The notes below the pieces were generated by a model that searched no databases, was not told the origin of the DNA, and saw only the letters and a program-made list of their open reading frames with translations. Below, in pieces: positions 26,890 to 35,557 of a DNA stretch of 64,000 nt (within the stretch, counting starts at the first letter, position 1; each line of letters begins with the position of its first letter). The position numbers and the translations under genes are program-made. The DNA is from a virus (Duplodnaviria > Caudoviricetes): the IMG/VR virus record IMGVR_UViG_3300028914_001625, positions 18,751 to 82,750 of that record. One strand, 5' to 3'.

Positions 26890-28383
26890 TTAGTATAGTT
26901 TATAGACGCGCTCGACCGTCTCGAACTTTTCTCCTTCATAATATGCCTGTCTTTCTCTCCAGTGCTTGACAAGATAGTTGTCAACTGTTCTACCTGTTCG
27001 AGTCTGATAGGTAAGATCATCAATGACATCAAACAATGTAACATTGTTCTTCTGCTGATGCTTTCTCAATCCACGACCGATAGTCTGAAGAACTGTAATC
27101 TTTGATTTACTATCTGCGAAGAGAATTACATCGTGAAGCTTAGGTACATTCACGCCCACTGCCATCGTCTGGTAGTTAGCGACAAGAATAGTTCCGTCCT
27201 CGGTATTGATGTCCTTTCTAATCTTATTACGTTCGGAGCCTTTAACGCCGCCGTAAATGACTTCAATCTTGCGAGTCGGGAAAACCTTCTTCAACCAGCT
27301 TGCTACGTCCTTTAGATGCTGGACGTGGTTCACGAGTATAAGAATGTTATTGTTTATATTACGATGAGAAATAATGAATTCCAGGACATTATTCCGGCCC
27401 TCAAATGACTCGACCATTTTGACCTCTTCCTGCCAAGATCTGTTCTTGTTTTGCTGAACAAACTCAGGCGGGAACTTGGCAAAGATATTCATTATCTTAA
27501 TCTTCGCAAGAACGCCTTGGTCAATCAGTTCATGAGACTTAAGCTCATAGATGATATTTCCAAGGTTTGCTTGAATCTTCATCTGCGAGAGTTCATCAGT
27601 AGGTAAAGTACCAGTACATCCGAACTTTACTTTTGCATTTACGCAGTGTTGAAGAATGTCAAAGAGCTTCATCGCCTTAGCGCCGTGCGTTTCGTCAACG
27701 ATTACAGCGTCATACTTCTCAAAGAACTCTGGTTCCTTATGCTGTAACGATTCCCATGTCGAGATAAGGACAGGCATGTCAAAGTCTGCCTTGTTGCCGT
27801 CTCCCTGGATGGTAATCTCTTTATCAGGATCGTCATAACCGTAATCGAGAAGGTCATCACGCATCTGATAGATGAGATGAATCGTCGGAACGATAAGAAG
27901 AATGTGCTTGTAATTTTCCTTTCTTAACGCACGGACAATGTTATAGATCATCAAGGACTTACCTGAGCCTGTGCAGGAAAGCAAGATGCCTCTCTTGTGT
28001 GTAAGGGCAGCTCTTATCGCCTCGTCTTGATAAGGACGAAGTGTCTTTCCCGAGTTTCTCATGAAGTACTCGGTGCTCTCTTTATACTTAGCTTCATTCA
28101 AGGTTCTTGTGAGTTTCTCTTCATCAATGCCGTCGAGCTCATATTCATAATGCTCTTGCTTGCACCAGTTGAGAAGGTCTTCCAAGAATCCGTAAGGAAG
28201 CAACCCTGAGCCAGGACGGAAGAAATGTGTCTTGCCGTCCCAACGTCTGTCTTTATATGCTTGAGAATACTGATAGCCTGACTTGTATGCTGCATAACGA
28301 GAATGCACTTCAGACAAGATGTCTAGCTCACCTTGTAACTCAAGAAATGATTCGTTTACTTTGCTAATTCTAATATCTGTCAT
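26890..28383 (-). CDS. uvsW: UvsW SF2 DNA helicase
   Basis: LRPYQ, Walker A CTGSGKS, DETH box, GCTGT, TMAVGVNVPKL, LQTIGRGLR; T4 UvsW-type N-terminus RWDGKTHFF. Confidence 0.92.
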   Translation of the reverse strand: MTDIRISKVNESFLELQGELDILSEVHSRYAAYKSGYQYSQAYKDRRWDGKTHFFRPGSGLLPYGFLEDLLNWCKQEHYEYELDGIDEEKLTRTLNEAKYKESTEYFMRNSGKTLRPYQDEAIRAALTHKRGILLSCTGSGKSLMIYNIVRALRKENYKHILLIVPTIHLIYQMRDDLLDYGYDDPDKEITIQGDGNKADFDMPVLISTWESLQHKEPEFFEKYDAVIVDETHGAKAMKLFDILQHCVNAKVKFGCTGTLPTDELSQMKIQANLGNIIYELKSHELIDQGVLAKIKIMNIFAKFPPEFVQQNKNRSWQEEVKMVESFEGRNNVLEFIISHRNINNNILILVNHVQHLKDVASWLKKVFPTRKIEVIYGGVKGSERNKIRKDINTEDGTILVANYQTMAVGVNVPKLHDVILFADSKSKITVLQTIGRGLRKHQQKNNVTLFDVIDDLTYQTRTGRTVDNYLVKHWRERQAYYEGEKFETVERVYKLY

Positions 28384-28387
28384 AAAT

Positions 28388-28395
28388 TATTTATA
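28388..28395 (-). promoter_or_regulatory. T4-type late promoter TATAAATA upstream of uvsW
   Basis: Exact TATAAATA on the minus strand, ending 4 bp before the start codon. Confidence 0.6.
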
Positions 28396-28400
28396 AGAAA

Positions 28401-28422
28401 AGAGGGAGCATACACTCCCTCT
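28401..28422 (-). terminator. intrinsic terminator
   Basis: AGAGGGAG/CTCCCTCT arms, followed by TTTCTT on the minus strand. Confidence 0.75.
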
Positions 28423-28452
28423 AATTGCTTAAATTATGACAGAAAGGACTAC

Positions 28453-29022
28453 TTATTCTTCGTCAGTCTTTTTCTTTCTTGTTGCTTTCTTTACTGGTGT
28501 TTCTTCTTCAACAGTAGCAGGCTCTTCTGCGATGTCTACTGGTGCATCAGTGACTTCTTCAGTTTCACCTTCGGTCTTACCATCATCTTCACATACTGGT
28601 TCTTCAGTAGCTGTGTACTGAATTGGTTCAGCAGGCTCAGTTGCTTCTGTCTGAACGTAAGACATTTCAGGTGGAAGAATTGGTTCCTCTTCCTTCTTAG
28701 CGTTCATTGCTTCATACTGTGCTACTGTCATCTTGCGCTCGACGAGAAGCTTTCTGTATTCAGCTGGAACATTGTGCGACTTACAGTATTTCATCAATAT
28801 CATGAATGCCTCATATTCCTTTTCCCACTCATCCATCGCTGACTGCTGTGGCTGAGGTCTATGAACTGGAACTACCTTCGGTAATACCCTTGCTGCTGTC
28901 TGCTTGTTCTTCTTATTCTGTTCTTTCAATACACTATCAGGTACTGGGAACTTTGTATTTGCATTTGCTGTGTGGAACATTCCGTATGCCATGTTTCTTT
29001 TATCCCTCCTTAATTTTCTCAT
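28453..29022 (-). CDS. hypothetical protein with acidic low-complexity tail (start uncertain: 28992, 29022 or 29076)
   Basis: ORF; TAAATA motif near 29056; E/T/P-rich C-terminus. Confidence 0.75.
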   Translation of the reverse strand: MRKLRRDKRNMAYGMFHTANANTKFPVPDSVLKEQNKKNKQTAARVLPKVVPVHRPQPQQSAMDEWEKEYEAFMILMKYCKSHNVPAEYRKLLVERKMTVAQYEAMNAKKEEEPILPPEMSYVQTEATEPAEPIQYTATEEPVCEDDGKTEGETEEVTDAPVDIAEEPATVEEETPVKKATRKKKTDEE

Positions 29023-29070
29023 AATAAGAAACTCTCCATTATAATAATTTCTATATTTATTTGGAGGCTC

Positions 29071-29392
29071 TACCATCTTTATTTGATATGGTAACTGGAG
29101 ACAGTAAGCCCATACGGGGAACTTACTGACTCAAGGCTTTCACTTTATTTTGACTGGTGAACTGTTTGACCTTGTAAGAAGTCTTACTGTAAGTTTTACT
29201 GGGCGGCTATCCGGTACCCAGGCTTAACTAACTTACATGCTTATAGCGGCATGCAAAACACGGGCTAGGTGTTTTTCCTTCGGTTCTACATATATGAGTC
29301 TGAAGCGAACCTTATTCAGATATGACTTGCACATGCCGATAGCTCATTGGGTTGAGTCTCGCTCCTGTAAGCAAGATTAAAATGTTTGAGTC
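29071..29392 (-). ncRNA. candidate structured non-coding RNA (multi-stem, family unassigned)
   Basis: No ORF; at least 8 hairpins plus a long-range closing helix GACUCAA/UUGAGUC; TATATT -10-like box immediately 5' on the minus strand. Confidence 0.55.
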
Positions 29393-29625
29393 AAATATAA
29401 TTACTTTTGCCGGCTAAATGAACAACGGAAAAATTTTTCCTAAGAGCCTAGAGAATCCTGTAAAAGTCCTTTTGACTTGTTCTATATATAACAACTTTTT
29501 TCGTTTTTGGCGGTTTTACTTCAAATTCTTTCTCAGGAGTTCATGCTTCCTTCTGCTAGGAAAGATTTTAAGCGGACAAATTTTAAGTATAAATTTATTA
29601 AATTTCAATCAGAGGTTATAAGTAT

Positions 29626-30054
29626 ATGGCACTACTGACTAATGAAAAATTTGCGGCTATGAAGATCATGGCGGACGCCGATGTAAAGATGGGCGACACC
29701 TTGACGGAGATAGCTAAGAAAAACTCTGAATTACCTGGCTTAATTCAGAAATGGACTAAGTATTATACAAGACAGAACTATGAAGTCACAATGCTGGAAA
29801 TCGCATTAGATGAATCATACGGCGAGTTGTATAGAGACAAGAAGTTTAATGACAATGTAGACTGGGGAACATCTTCTAAAGGGATAGATTCTCAGATTAG
29901 ATGCGATAAGGGATACTGCGAAAAGCTTAGACAGTTGGCGGCGCAGAAATACTACCTTAATTTCATTTCGGAAACTCTTGCTAATTTAAAGCAGATGCAT
30001 TACACTATCAAGAACTTCAACGACTACAAGAAAATTACAACGACAAACTTGTAA
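29626..30054 (+). CDS. uvsY: UvsY-like recombination mediator
   Basis: 142-aa helical protein matching the UvsY pattern (KW...Y, D..., L..LKQMHYTIKNF.DYKK), next to uvsW, gp46 and gp47. Confidence 0.75.
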   Translation: MALLTNEKFAAMKIMADADVKMGDTLTEIAKKNSELPGLIQKWTKYYTRQNYEVTMLEIALDESYGELYRDKKFNDNVDWGTSSKGIDSQIRCDKGYCEKLRQLAAQKYYLNFISETLANLKQMHYTIKNFNDYKKITTTNL

Positions 30055-30134
30055 TAAATTTAGAAAATTTTCATGCAGCAAAGAATTGTGTAAATTCTTT
30101 GTTATATTTTATTATGTAAAAAGAAGGTTTAATA

Positions 30135-31892
30135 ATGCATGTAGAGTTCAAAACATTAAAATTCAAAAACGTGCTTTCTTATGGTAACCGTTGGACAGAA
30201 ATTGACTTTACTTCTGGCTTGAACTTAATCAAGGCTACCAACGGTTCGGGTAAGTCTGCAATTCTTGACGCTATAAACTTTTGCTTGTTTGGAAAGCCCT
30301 TTAGAAATATAAAAATAGGGCAGCTCATCAACAAGTATAATGCGAAGAATCTCGTTGTCGGAATGACATTCCAGATTAACAAAGACGAGTATGAAATTAT
30401 TCGTGGCTTAAAGCCTGGCATTTTCAAACTCGCCCGAAACGGAAATGAAATTGATGACTTGTCTTCAAAGCGTTTGAACCAGGAAGAAATTGAAAAGCTC
30501 CTCGGAATTAATGAAAGACTTTTTAAGAACATTGTTGGTATCGCTGTTACGAATAACAAACCGTTCTTGACAATGTCTATCGGCGATAAGCGTTCTCTCA
30601 TCGAGTCCATCTTCAACATTGACGTCTTGTCAGCGATGGCTCGTGAAGTAAAGAAGAGAAACACTTTGAATGACTCTGAGCTTCGTCTTAAGCTCAGTGA
30701 GAATAAAGGCATTCAGACCTCTATCGCTGATAACAAGTCTTACATCGAGCGCATCAACAAGTACATTGAACAGTTTGATGAAACGAAGAGAACAACTTGT
30801 GAAAATCTTCAGAAGTCAATTGGTGAGTATGAAAAGGCAATTACTTCTATTGAGTCAAACATCAGCAAGGGCAACAGCGCAGTCGAGAAACTCGAAGCAA
30901 AGGTTGAACCTCCAAGTACTGAAGACTTCATAAAGGTCTCTCAGGAAATTGGTGCTGCTCAAAATACAGAGAAGACTGTAACGAAAAATTTGAAGGACAT
31001 TGGCGAAGGCGCCTTCTGTCCGCTCTGTGGTGGTGAACTTGATGAAGGACATTCTGTCACTCACATCAAGGAGCTTAAAGCAACGCTTGACAAGTTGAAG
31101 AATGAAGTACTTCCTCGTTTGCTTGAACAGCAAGCAGCTCTCAACAAGAAGAAAGAAGAGTATGATGCTTTGCAGCAGAAGATTAACGTCATCAAGCAAA
31201 AGGTAGTTGCTGAACAAGTCAAGTTGAAGACAAACACACAGCACCTCGAGACTTTAAGAAAACAGCTCAAGACAGAACAAGAAAAGAAATGCGACTTCAA
31301 TACAGCCGATTATGAAAAGAAACTTGTTGAACTTGAGATTACCGCAGCAAAGCTTGGTTCTGAAATCACTGAAGCAGAACATCGTCTCAAGATAGACAGT
31401 AAACTTATTGATATTCTTGGTGACGAAGGTTTGAGAATGTACTTCTTCAAGAAGTTGCTTCCAATTCTTAACAAGCGCATCAACTATTACTTGAAGCGTT
31501 TTGAATTGCCTGCTACTCTTGAACTCAACCCGATGATGGAAGAGACAATCACGACTGGTCGTTTCGAGCAATCGTATAACCAGTTCTCAAATGGTGAGAA
31601 GGCTCGCATTGACATGGCTATCTTGTTGTCATTCTTTGACATCAGTAAGATGATCTCTAACTGGTCATGCTCAATCTTGTTCGTTGATGAAGTGATGGAC
31701 GCAGGCGTTGACTCGAACGGTACTGAACAGTTCTTGTCAACATTCTATTCAATCGTTTCTGAGGAAGACAAGAATGTTGGAATTTATATCATCTCCCACA
31801 AGTTGGCAGATGTACAGATTAACTGGAGTAATGTAATTGAAGTTCAGAAGAAGTCTATGTTCTCTGAGCTCAAGAAAGGAAGTGAAAAATGA
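30135..31892 (+). CDS. recombination endonuclease ATPase subunit (T4 gp46; Rad50/SbcC-like)
   Basis: FKNVLSYGN, Walker A NGSGKS, CPLCGG zinc hook, signature FSNGEKARID, Walker B LFVDE, YIISH. Confidence 0.95.
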   Translation: MHVEFKTLKFKNVLSYGNRWTEIDFTSGLNLIKATNGSGKSAILDAINFCLFGKPFRNIKIGQLINKYNAKNLVVGMTFQINKDEYEIIRGLKPGIFKLARNGNEIDDLSSKRLNQEEIEKLLGINERLFKNIVGIAVTNNKPFLTMSIGDKRSLIESIFNIDVLSAMAREVKKRNTLNDSELRLKLSENKGIQTSIADNKSYIERINKYIEQFDETKRTTCENLQKSIGEYEKAITSIESNISKGNSAVEKLEAKVEPPSTEDFIKVSQEIGAAQNTEKTVTKNLKDIGEGAFCPLCGGELDEGHSVTHIKELKATLDKLKNEVLPRLLEQQAALNKKKEEYDALQQKINVIKQKVVAEQVKLKTNTQHLETLRKQLKTEQEKKCDFNTADYEKKLVELEITAAKLGSEITEAEHRLKIDSKLIDILGDEGLRMYFFKKLLPILNKRINYYLKRFELPATLELNPMMEETITTGRFEQSYNQFSNGEKARIDMAILLSFFDISKMISNWSCSILFVDEVMDAGVDSNGTEQFLSTFYSIVSEEDKNVGIYIISHKLADVQINWSNVIEVQKKSMFSELKKGSEK

Positions 31893-32932
31893 AAGTAGCT
31901 TTAATCGCTGACTTGCATATTGGTGTAAAGAAATCTGATAAGACTTTTCAGGAGTCGCAGTTACGATTTTTCAGAGAGCAGTTTGTTCCTGAACTCATTG
32001 ACGAAGGCGTCAAGACAATCATCGTTTGCGGCGACGTCTTTGACACAAGACAGACTATCAACGTAAGCACTGAGAACGTCGTTCTTGACTTGTTTAAGAA
32101 TACATTCAAGGATTTTGATGTTCACGTCATTGTAGGCAACCACGACATCTATCATACAACGACTACTGAGGTCAACTCATTGAAAGCGTTGAACTTGTTG
32201 CCTAATGTCACTGTTTACGAGAACCCAACTGAGGTAATGCTTGGTAATGAAAAGGTCTTAATGCTTCCGTGGATTACGAAGTATGAAGACTTTGACAAGA
32301 TAGTTCTTGACAACTATCGTTATTGCTTCGCTCATCTTGACGTCGTCGGTTTTGATATGGGCTGCAAGAATATGTCAACCGATGGCATAAGCGTTCAGTC
32401 AGTCATTAAGAAGATTCAGTACACATTCACTGGACATTATCATACAAGATCTCACCGCGTCATGCCAAAGGGACAGGAGATTACTTACATCGGTTCTCCT
32501 TATCAGATTACCCGTGCTGACAGAGGCGAGGACAGAGGTTACATCTTGCTTGAACTTGATGACGGTATGTTTGAATGGAAGAACAACACGAAATCAATGC
32601 TCTTCACCAAGTATGTCTATCCTGTTATTAACAAGAGCAAGATTAAAGGCAATCAGGTTGACATCGAAATTCCGTTCAACATGCAGAACGAGACAAAGAA
32701 GATCTATGACCTTGTTGCTGAGCTTAACGCATTAGGTCCGGCTTACCCAATCAACACATTCTATGGTGAACCGCCTGACGCTGATGATAAGATTACCATT
32801 GATGTTGACCAGCTCAACCTCATTGTTCTCTTTAAGTCATACATCGAGCAGATAGAGACTGACCTTGATAAGAATGAACTTTATCAAGAACTAATCAAAC
32901 TGTTTGATATGTTCAAAGGAGCTAACTCTTAA
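31889..32932 (+). CDS. recombination endonuclease nuclease subunit (T4 gp47; Mre11/SbcD-like)
   Basis: Metallophosphoesterase motifs DLHIG, GDVFD, GNHD, AHL, TGHYH, YIGSPYQ. Confidence 0.95.
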   Translation: MKVALIADLHIGVKKSDKTFQESQLRFFREQFVPELIDEGVKTIIVCGDVFDTRQTINVSTENVVLDLFKNTFKDFDVHVIVGNHDIYHTTTTEVNSLKALNLLPNVTVYENPTEVMLGNEKVLMLPWITKYEDFDKIVLDNYRYCFAHLDVVGFDMGCKNMSTDGISVQSVIKKIQYTFTGHYHTRSHRVMPKGQEITYIGSPYQITRADRGEDRGYILLELDDGMFEWKNNTKSMLFTKYVYPVINKSKIKGNQVDIEIPFNMQNETKKIYDLVAELNALGPAYPINTFYGEPPDADDKITIDVDQLNLIVLFKSYIEQIETDLDKNELYQELIKLFDMFKGANS

Positions 32933-33183
32933 TGACAGCACAAGAATTAGTCGCTAACAAAGACAAGATCTTTGACTTAGCATTTACACTAATCAAAACA
33001 AATCAAGTCGGACGATGGAGATGGTCCGACTTCGTTGATTATGTAACTGAATATAAGCTAGATGAAAATTTAGATGACTGCTTTGACTTTAAAGACGACA
33101 TGCCAATGATGACAAGCGCTCACTTTACAGCAAATAGAATCTTATACAAAATTGAAGAACACATCAAGAAAGGAAACTACTAA
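32932..33183 (+). CDS. hypothetical protein, 83 aa
   Basis: TAATG-coupled at both ends. Confidence 0.75.
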   Translation: MTAQELVANKDKIFDLAFTLIKTNQVGRWRWSDFVDYVTEYKLDENLDDCFDFKDDMPMMTSAHFTANRILYKIEEHIKKGNY

Positions 33184-34124
33184 TGAATAAGCACATCGTT
33201 TTACTTACTAAGCCTTATGACGTTAAGGAATGGGCACATTGGTATGCCTATCACAAGGCTATGGGTTGGATCATTCACGTCATTGCTAACCTTGACGGCG
33301 AAGCAGATACTGACTGCAAGAAGGCTATGGAAAAGATGATACAGCCTGGCCTTGACATTTGGTATGGACAAGCGGTTAATGCCTACTCGTCTATTCCTGT
33401 TCATAACAGCCAGTATGACACATTTGAAGTTCTTTACGGTTGGCCTGACCAATGGAATCTTTTCAACAAGATCTTGAACACAAACAAGTATGGTTTTCGT
33501 GAAGGCGATTTGGTCACTTTCATTGATGACGACGAGTACTTGTGGTTCTACGCTGACTTCTGGGCATTAGCTGAAGCAGGAACCCCTGAAGCAAACGGCA
33601 AGCATTACGAAACGCTTGCAGAATACATGAAGAAGAACAACCCACACAAGAAACCGCTTCTTGTTCCACAGATTTTGATGTCAGATAAGACTTTGCCTGA
33701 CTATGATTTCAGCGTTAAGTCTGCAGTAAGCACAAAGTTCTATGCAAGAAATGACCAGTCTTCTCAGGGCAAGGCAATTATCATATTTGACCCGAATGTC
33801 ACTTACGATTTTACATTCAAGTCTGGTGAAGAATTGGGACATGTGCCTGCTATCAACGGCGTTCGTGACTCTCTTGTAAACATGGTAGGCGAGTCATTCA
33901 CGACTTATGGAGCTCTTGACCCGAATGCTTGTGTTCGTCTTTACCACTATCATTTGAAGTCAAAGTCTGACTATTTGAAGAAGTGGAGAAGAGGCTCTGT
34001 ATCTCATCAGCAACAGTGGAAACCTGAAGACGTGACAAAGAATCTTGCTTACGGCAACTATACACGTCTTGATATGACAATGCAGAACACTTGTGCTTTG
34101 TTAGGTTTGGAGATTAGAAGATAA
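33183..34124 (+). CDS. GT-A fold glycosyltransferase (GT2_4/GT92-like)
   Basis: EWAHWYAYHKAMG, DxD-type TFIDDDEYL, QGKAII, LYHYHLKSKSDYLKKWRRG. Confidence 0.75.
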   Translation: MNKHIVLLTKPYDVKEWAHWYAYHKAMGWIIHVIANLDGEADTDCKKAMEKMIQPGLDIWYGQAVNAYSSIPVHNSQYDTFEVLYGWPDQWNLFNKILNTNKYGFREGDLVTFIDDDEYLWFYADFWALAEAGTPEANGKHYETLAEYMKKNNPHKKPLLVPQILMSDKTLPDYDFSVKSAVSTKFYARNDQSSQGKAIIIFDPNVTYDFTFKSGEELGHVPAINGVRDSLVNMVGESFTTYGALDPNACVRLYHYHLKSKSDYLKKWRRGSVSHQQQWKPEDVTKNLAYGNYTRLDMTMQNTCALLGLEIRR

Positions 34125-35041
34125 TGCTTGGAAACGATTATAGAGACGAGTATCTTGCGGGCAAACACCCGCATAATCCTTATGATGACTGCCGTTTCGC
34201 GGAAGACAAAGTTGCTTACGCTAAGAAATGGTTGACTGAAATCAAAGGAAGAGACATCGACTTCGAGAACCCGCGTAACATCGTTGACGTCATTTGTAAG
34301 GAGAAGGTGGATTTGATTACAGCTCCTTACGAAAAGCTCCTGGAAAAGCAACTATGGGCCGACAAAATCCTTGTTAGGGACCAATTGAAGAAGCTTGGAA
34401 TTGAAAATGAACTGCCTTTGCCTCATAGCATCTACACAGGTCATCATACATCTATTACTGACAAAGAGATGGACCTTATTTGGACAACGATGATGAATTG
34501 CAGTAAAAATTACGGCAGCAAATTCATTATCAAGACCAATCACGGGTCTGGATGGAATATGAAAGTTGACATCAACACGACTCCTAGAGAGTTTGTCCAG
34601 AAGCAGTTGAACGAATGGCTCAGTCTTAACTATGCTTACGTTTCAGGATATGAAATTCAGTATAAGTTTATTCGGCCTGGCATCATCGTTCAACCGTTAC
34701 TTGCTGAAGAGCTTATTGACTGGTCATTCTGGTGCGTGGACGGAGAAATTGAGTTCATCGGTCTGACGAAGAAATTCGGTAAGAACTTTGAAGAGTACAT
34801 CGCTTGGACTGATAAAGATGGTAACAAGACGCATCACATTATCGGTACCTATCCTGAGATGTACTTCTTACCGCCTACTATGAAAAAGACCATTGAAGAA
34901 ATGAAACCTTATGTTCATGCTATCGCAAAACCGTTTAAGTTCGTAAGAGTTGACTTATACAGAGTCAATGGACAGAACTACTTCGGTGAAGCGACATTCA
35001 CGCCTTGTTCTGGTGTACTTGATTATGTTGAGGTAAAATAA
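34124..35041 (+). CDS. TupA-like ATP-grasp protein
   Basis: ADKILVRDQL, FIIKTNHGSGWN, FWCVDGEIEF, FVRVDLY, YFGEATFTPCSG. Confidence 0.85.
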   Translation: MLGNDYRDEYLAGKHPHNPYDDCRFAEDKVAYAKKWLTEIKGRDIDFENPRNIVDVICKEKVDLITAPYEKLLEKQLWADKILVRDQLKKLGIENELPLPHSIYTGHHTSITDKEMDLIWTTMMNCSKNYGSKFIIKTNHGSGWNMKVDINTTPREFVQKQLNEWLSLNYAYVSGYEIQYKFIRPGIIVQPLLAEELIDWSFWCVDGEIEFIGLTKKFGKNFEEYIAWTDKDGNKTHHIIGTYPEMYFLPPTMKKTIEEMKPYVHAIAKPFKFVRVDLYRVNGQNYFGEATFTPCSGVLDYVEVK

Positions 35042-35065
35042 AAGGAGCTGCTTAGCAGCTCCTTT
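35041..35065. terminator. bidirectional intrinsic terminator between convergent genes
   Basis: Perfect AAAGGAGCTGC-tta-GCAGCTCCTTT. Confidence 0.85.
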
Positions 35066-35087
35066 GTTCTTTTATATTCACTTGCTA

Positions 35088-35540
35088 TTAAGCCCCAAGT
35101 GAATTATAGAATGTAATTATAGCGGCACAAAGATCCAATGCAGAAAGGTCACGAGAGCTTGAATGACGAATAGTCTTATAAGCAATCGGTGAAGAATTTT
35201 CTGGTGTTGGGTCAAAGTGCTTAGCTTCAACAACAGCTTGGATCTGTTGGCAGGCACCGCGAAGTGTCTTTTCCCAGTTCTTAATCTGTTGTTTCATTTC
35301 TTTGAATTTCTTAGTCTTAGCACAGTCGTCCTTATATGCTTCAGTCACAGAAGTGATAAGTGACTTAGCCACCTCGACTTGTGGTTCAATAGCAAGACGA
35401 ACGGCTTCACGAGGATCATTTGGTTCAGTTGACTCCTCATGTTCCATCGGAATATCGTCAGGTGAAGAAATAGGAATGTCTTCATCTTCGTTTATCTTTG
35501 CTACTTCATCAACGATACGATAAAATTCTTCTTTAAGCAT
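35088..35540 (-). CDS. hypothetical (late) protein, 150 aa
   Basis: ORF with GAGG RBS; TAAATA upstream. Confidence 0.8.
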   Translation of the reverse strand: MLKEEFYRIVDEVAKINEDEDIPISSPDDIPMEHEESTEPNDPREAVRLAIEPQVEVAKSLITSVTEAYKDDCAKTKKFKEMKQQIKNWEKTLRGACQQIQAVVEAKHFDPTPENSSPIAYKTIRHSSSRDLSALDLCAAIITFYNSLGA

Positions 35541-35557
35541 GTTAACCTCTAGTGTAT

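Noticed and set aside
29071-29392. Possible tmRNA, RNase P, group I intron or omegaRNA/IscB locus
   Set aside because: No tRNA-like acceptor/T-arm ends, no GAGGAAAGUCC, no host gene interrupted, and the adjacent ORF lacks PLMP/RuvC/HNH motifs; kept only as an unassigned structured element.
13675-32932. Inteins or homing-endonuclease introns in ligase, helicase, gp46 or gp47
   Set aside because: Protein lengths are typical, with no C...HN/S splice motifs and no LAGLIDADG, GIY-YIG or HNH ORFs.
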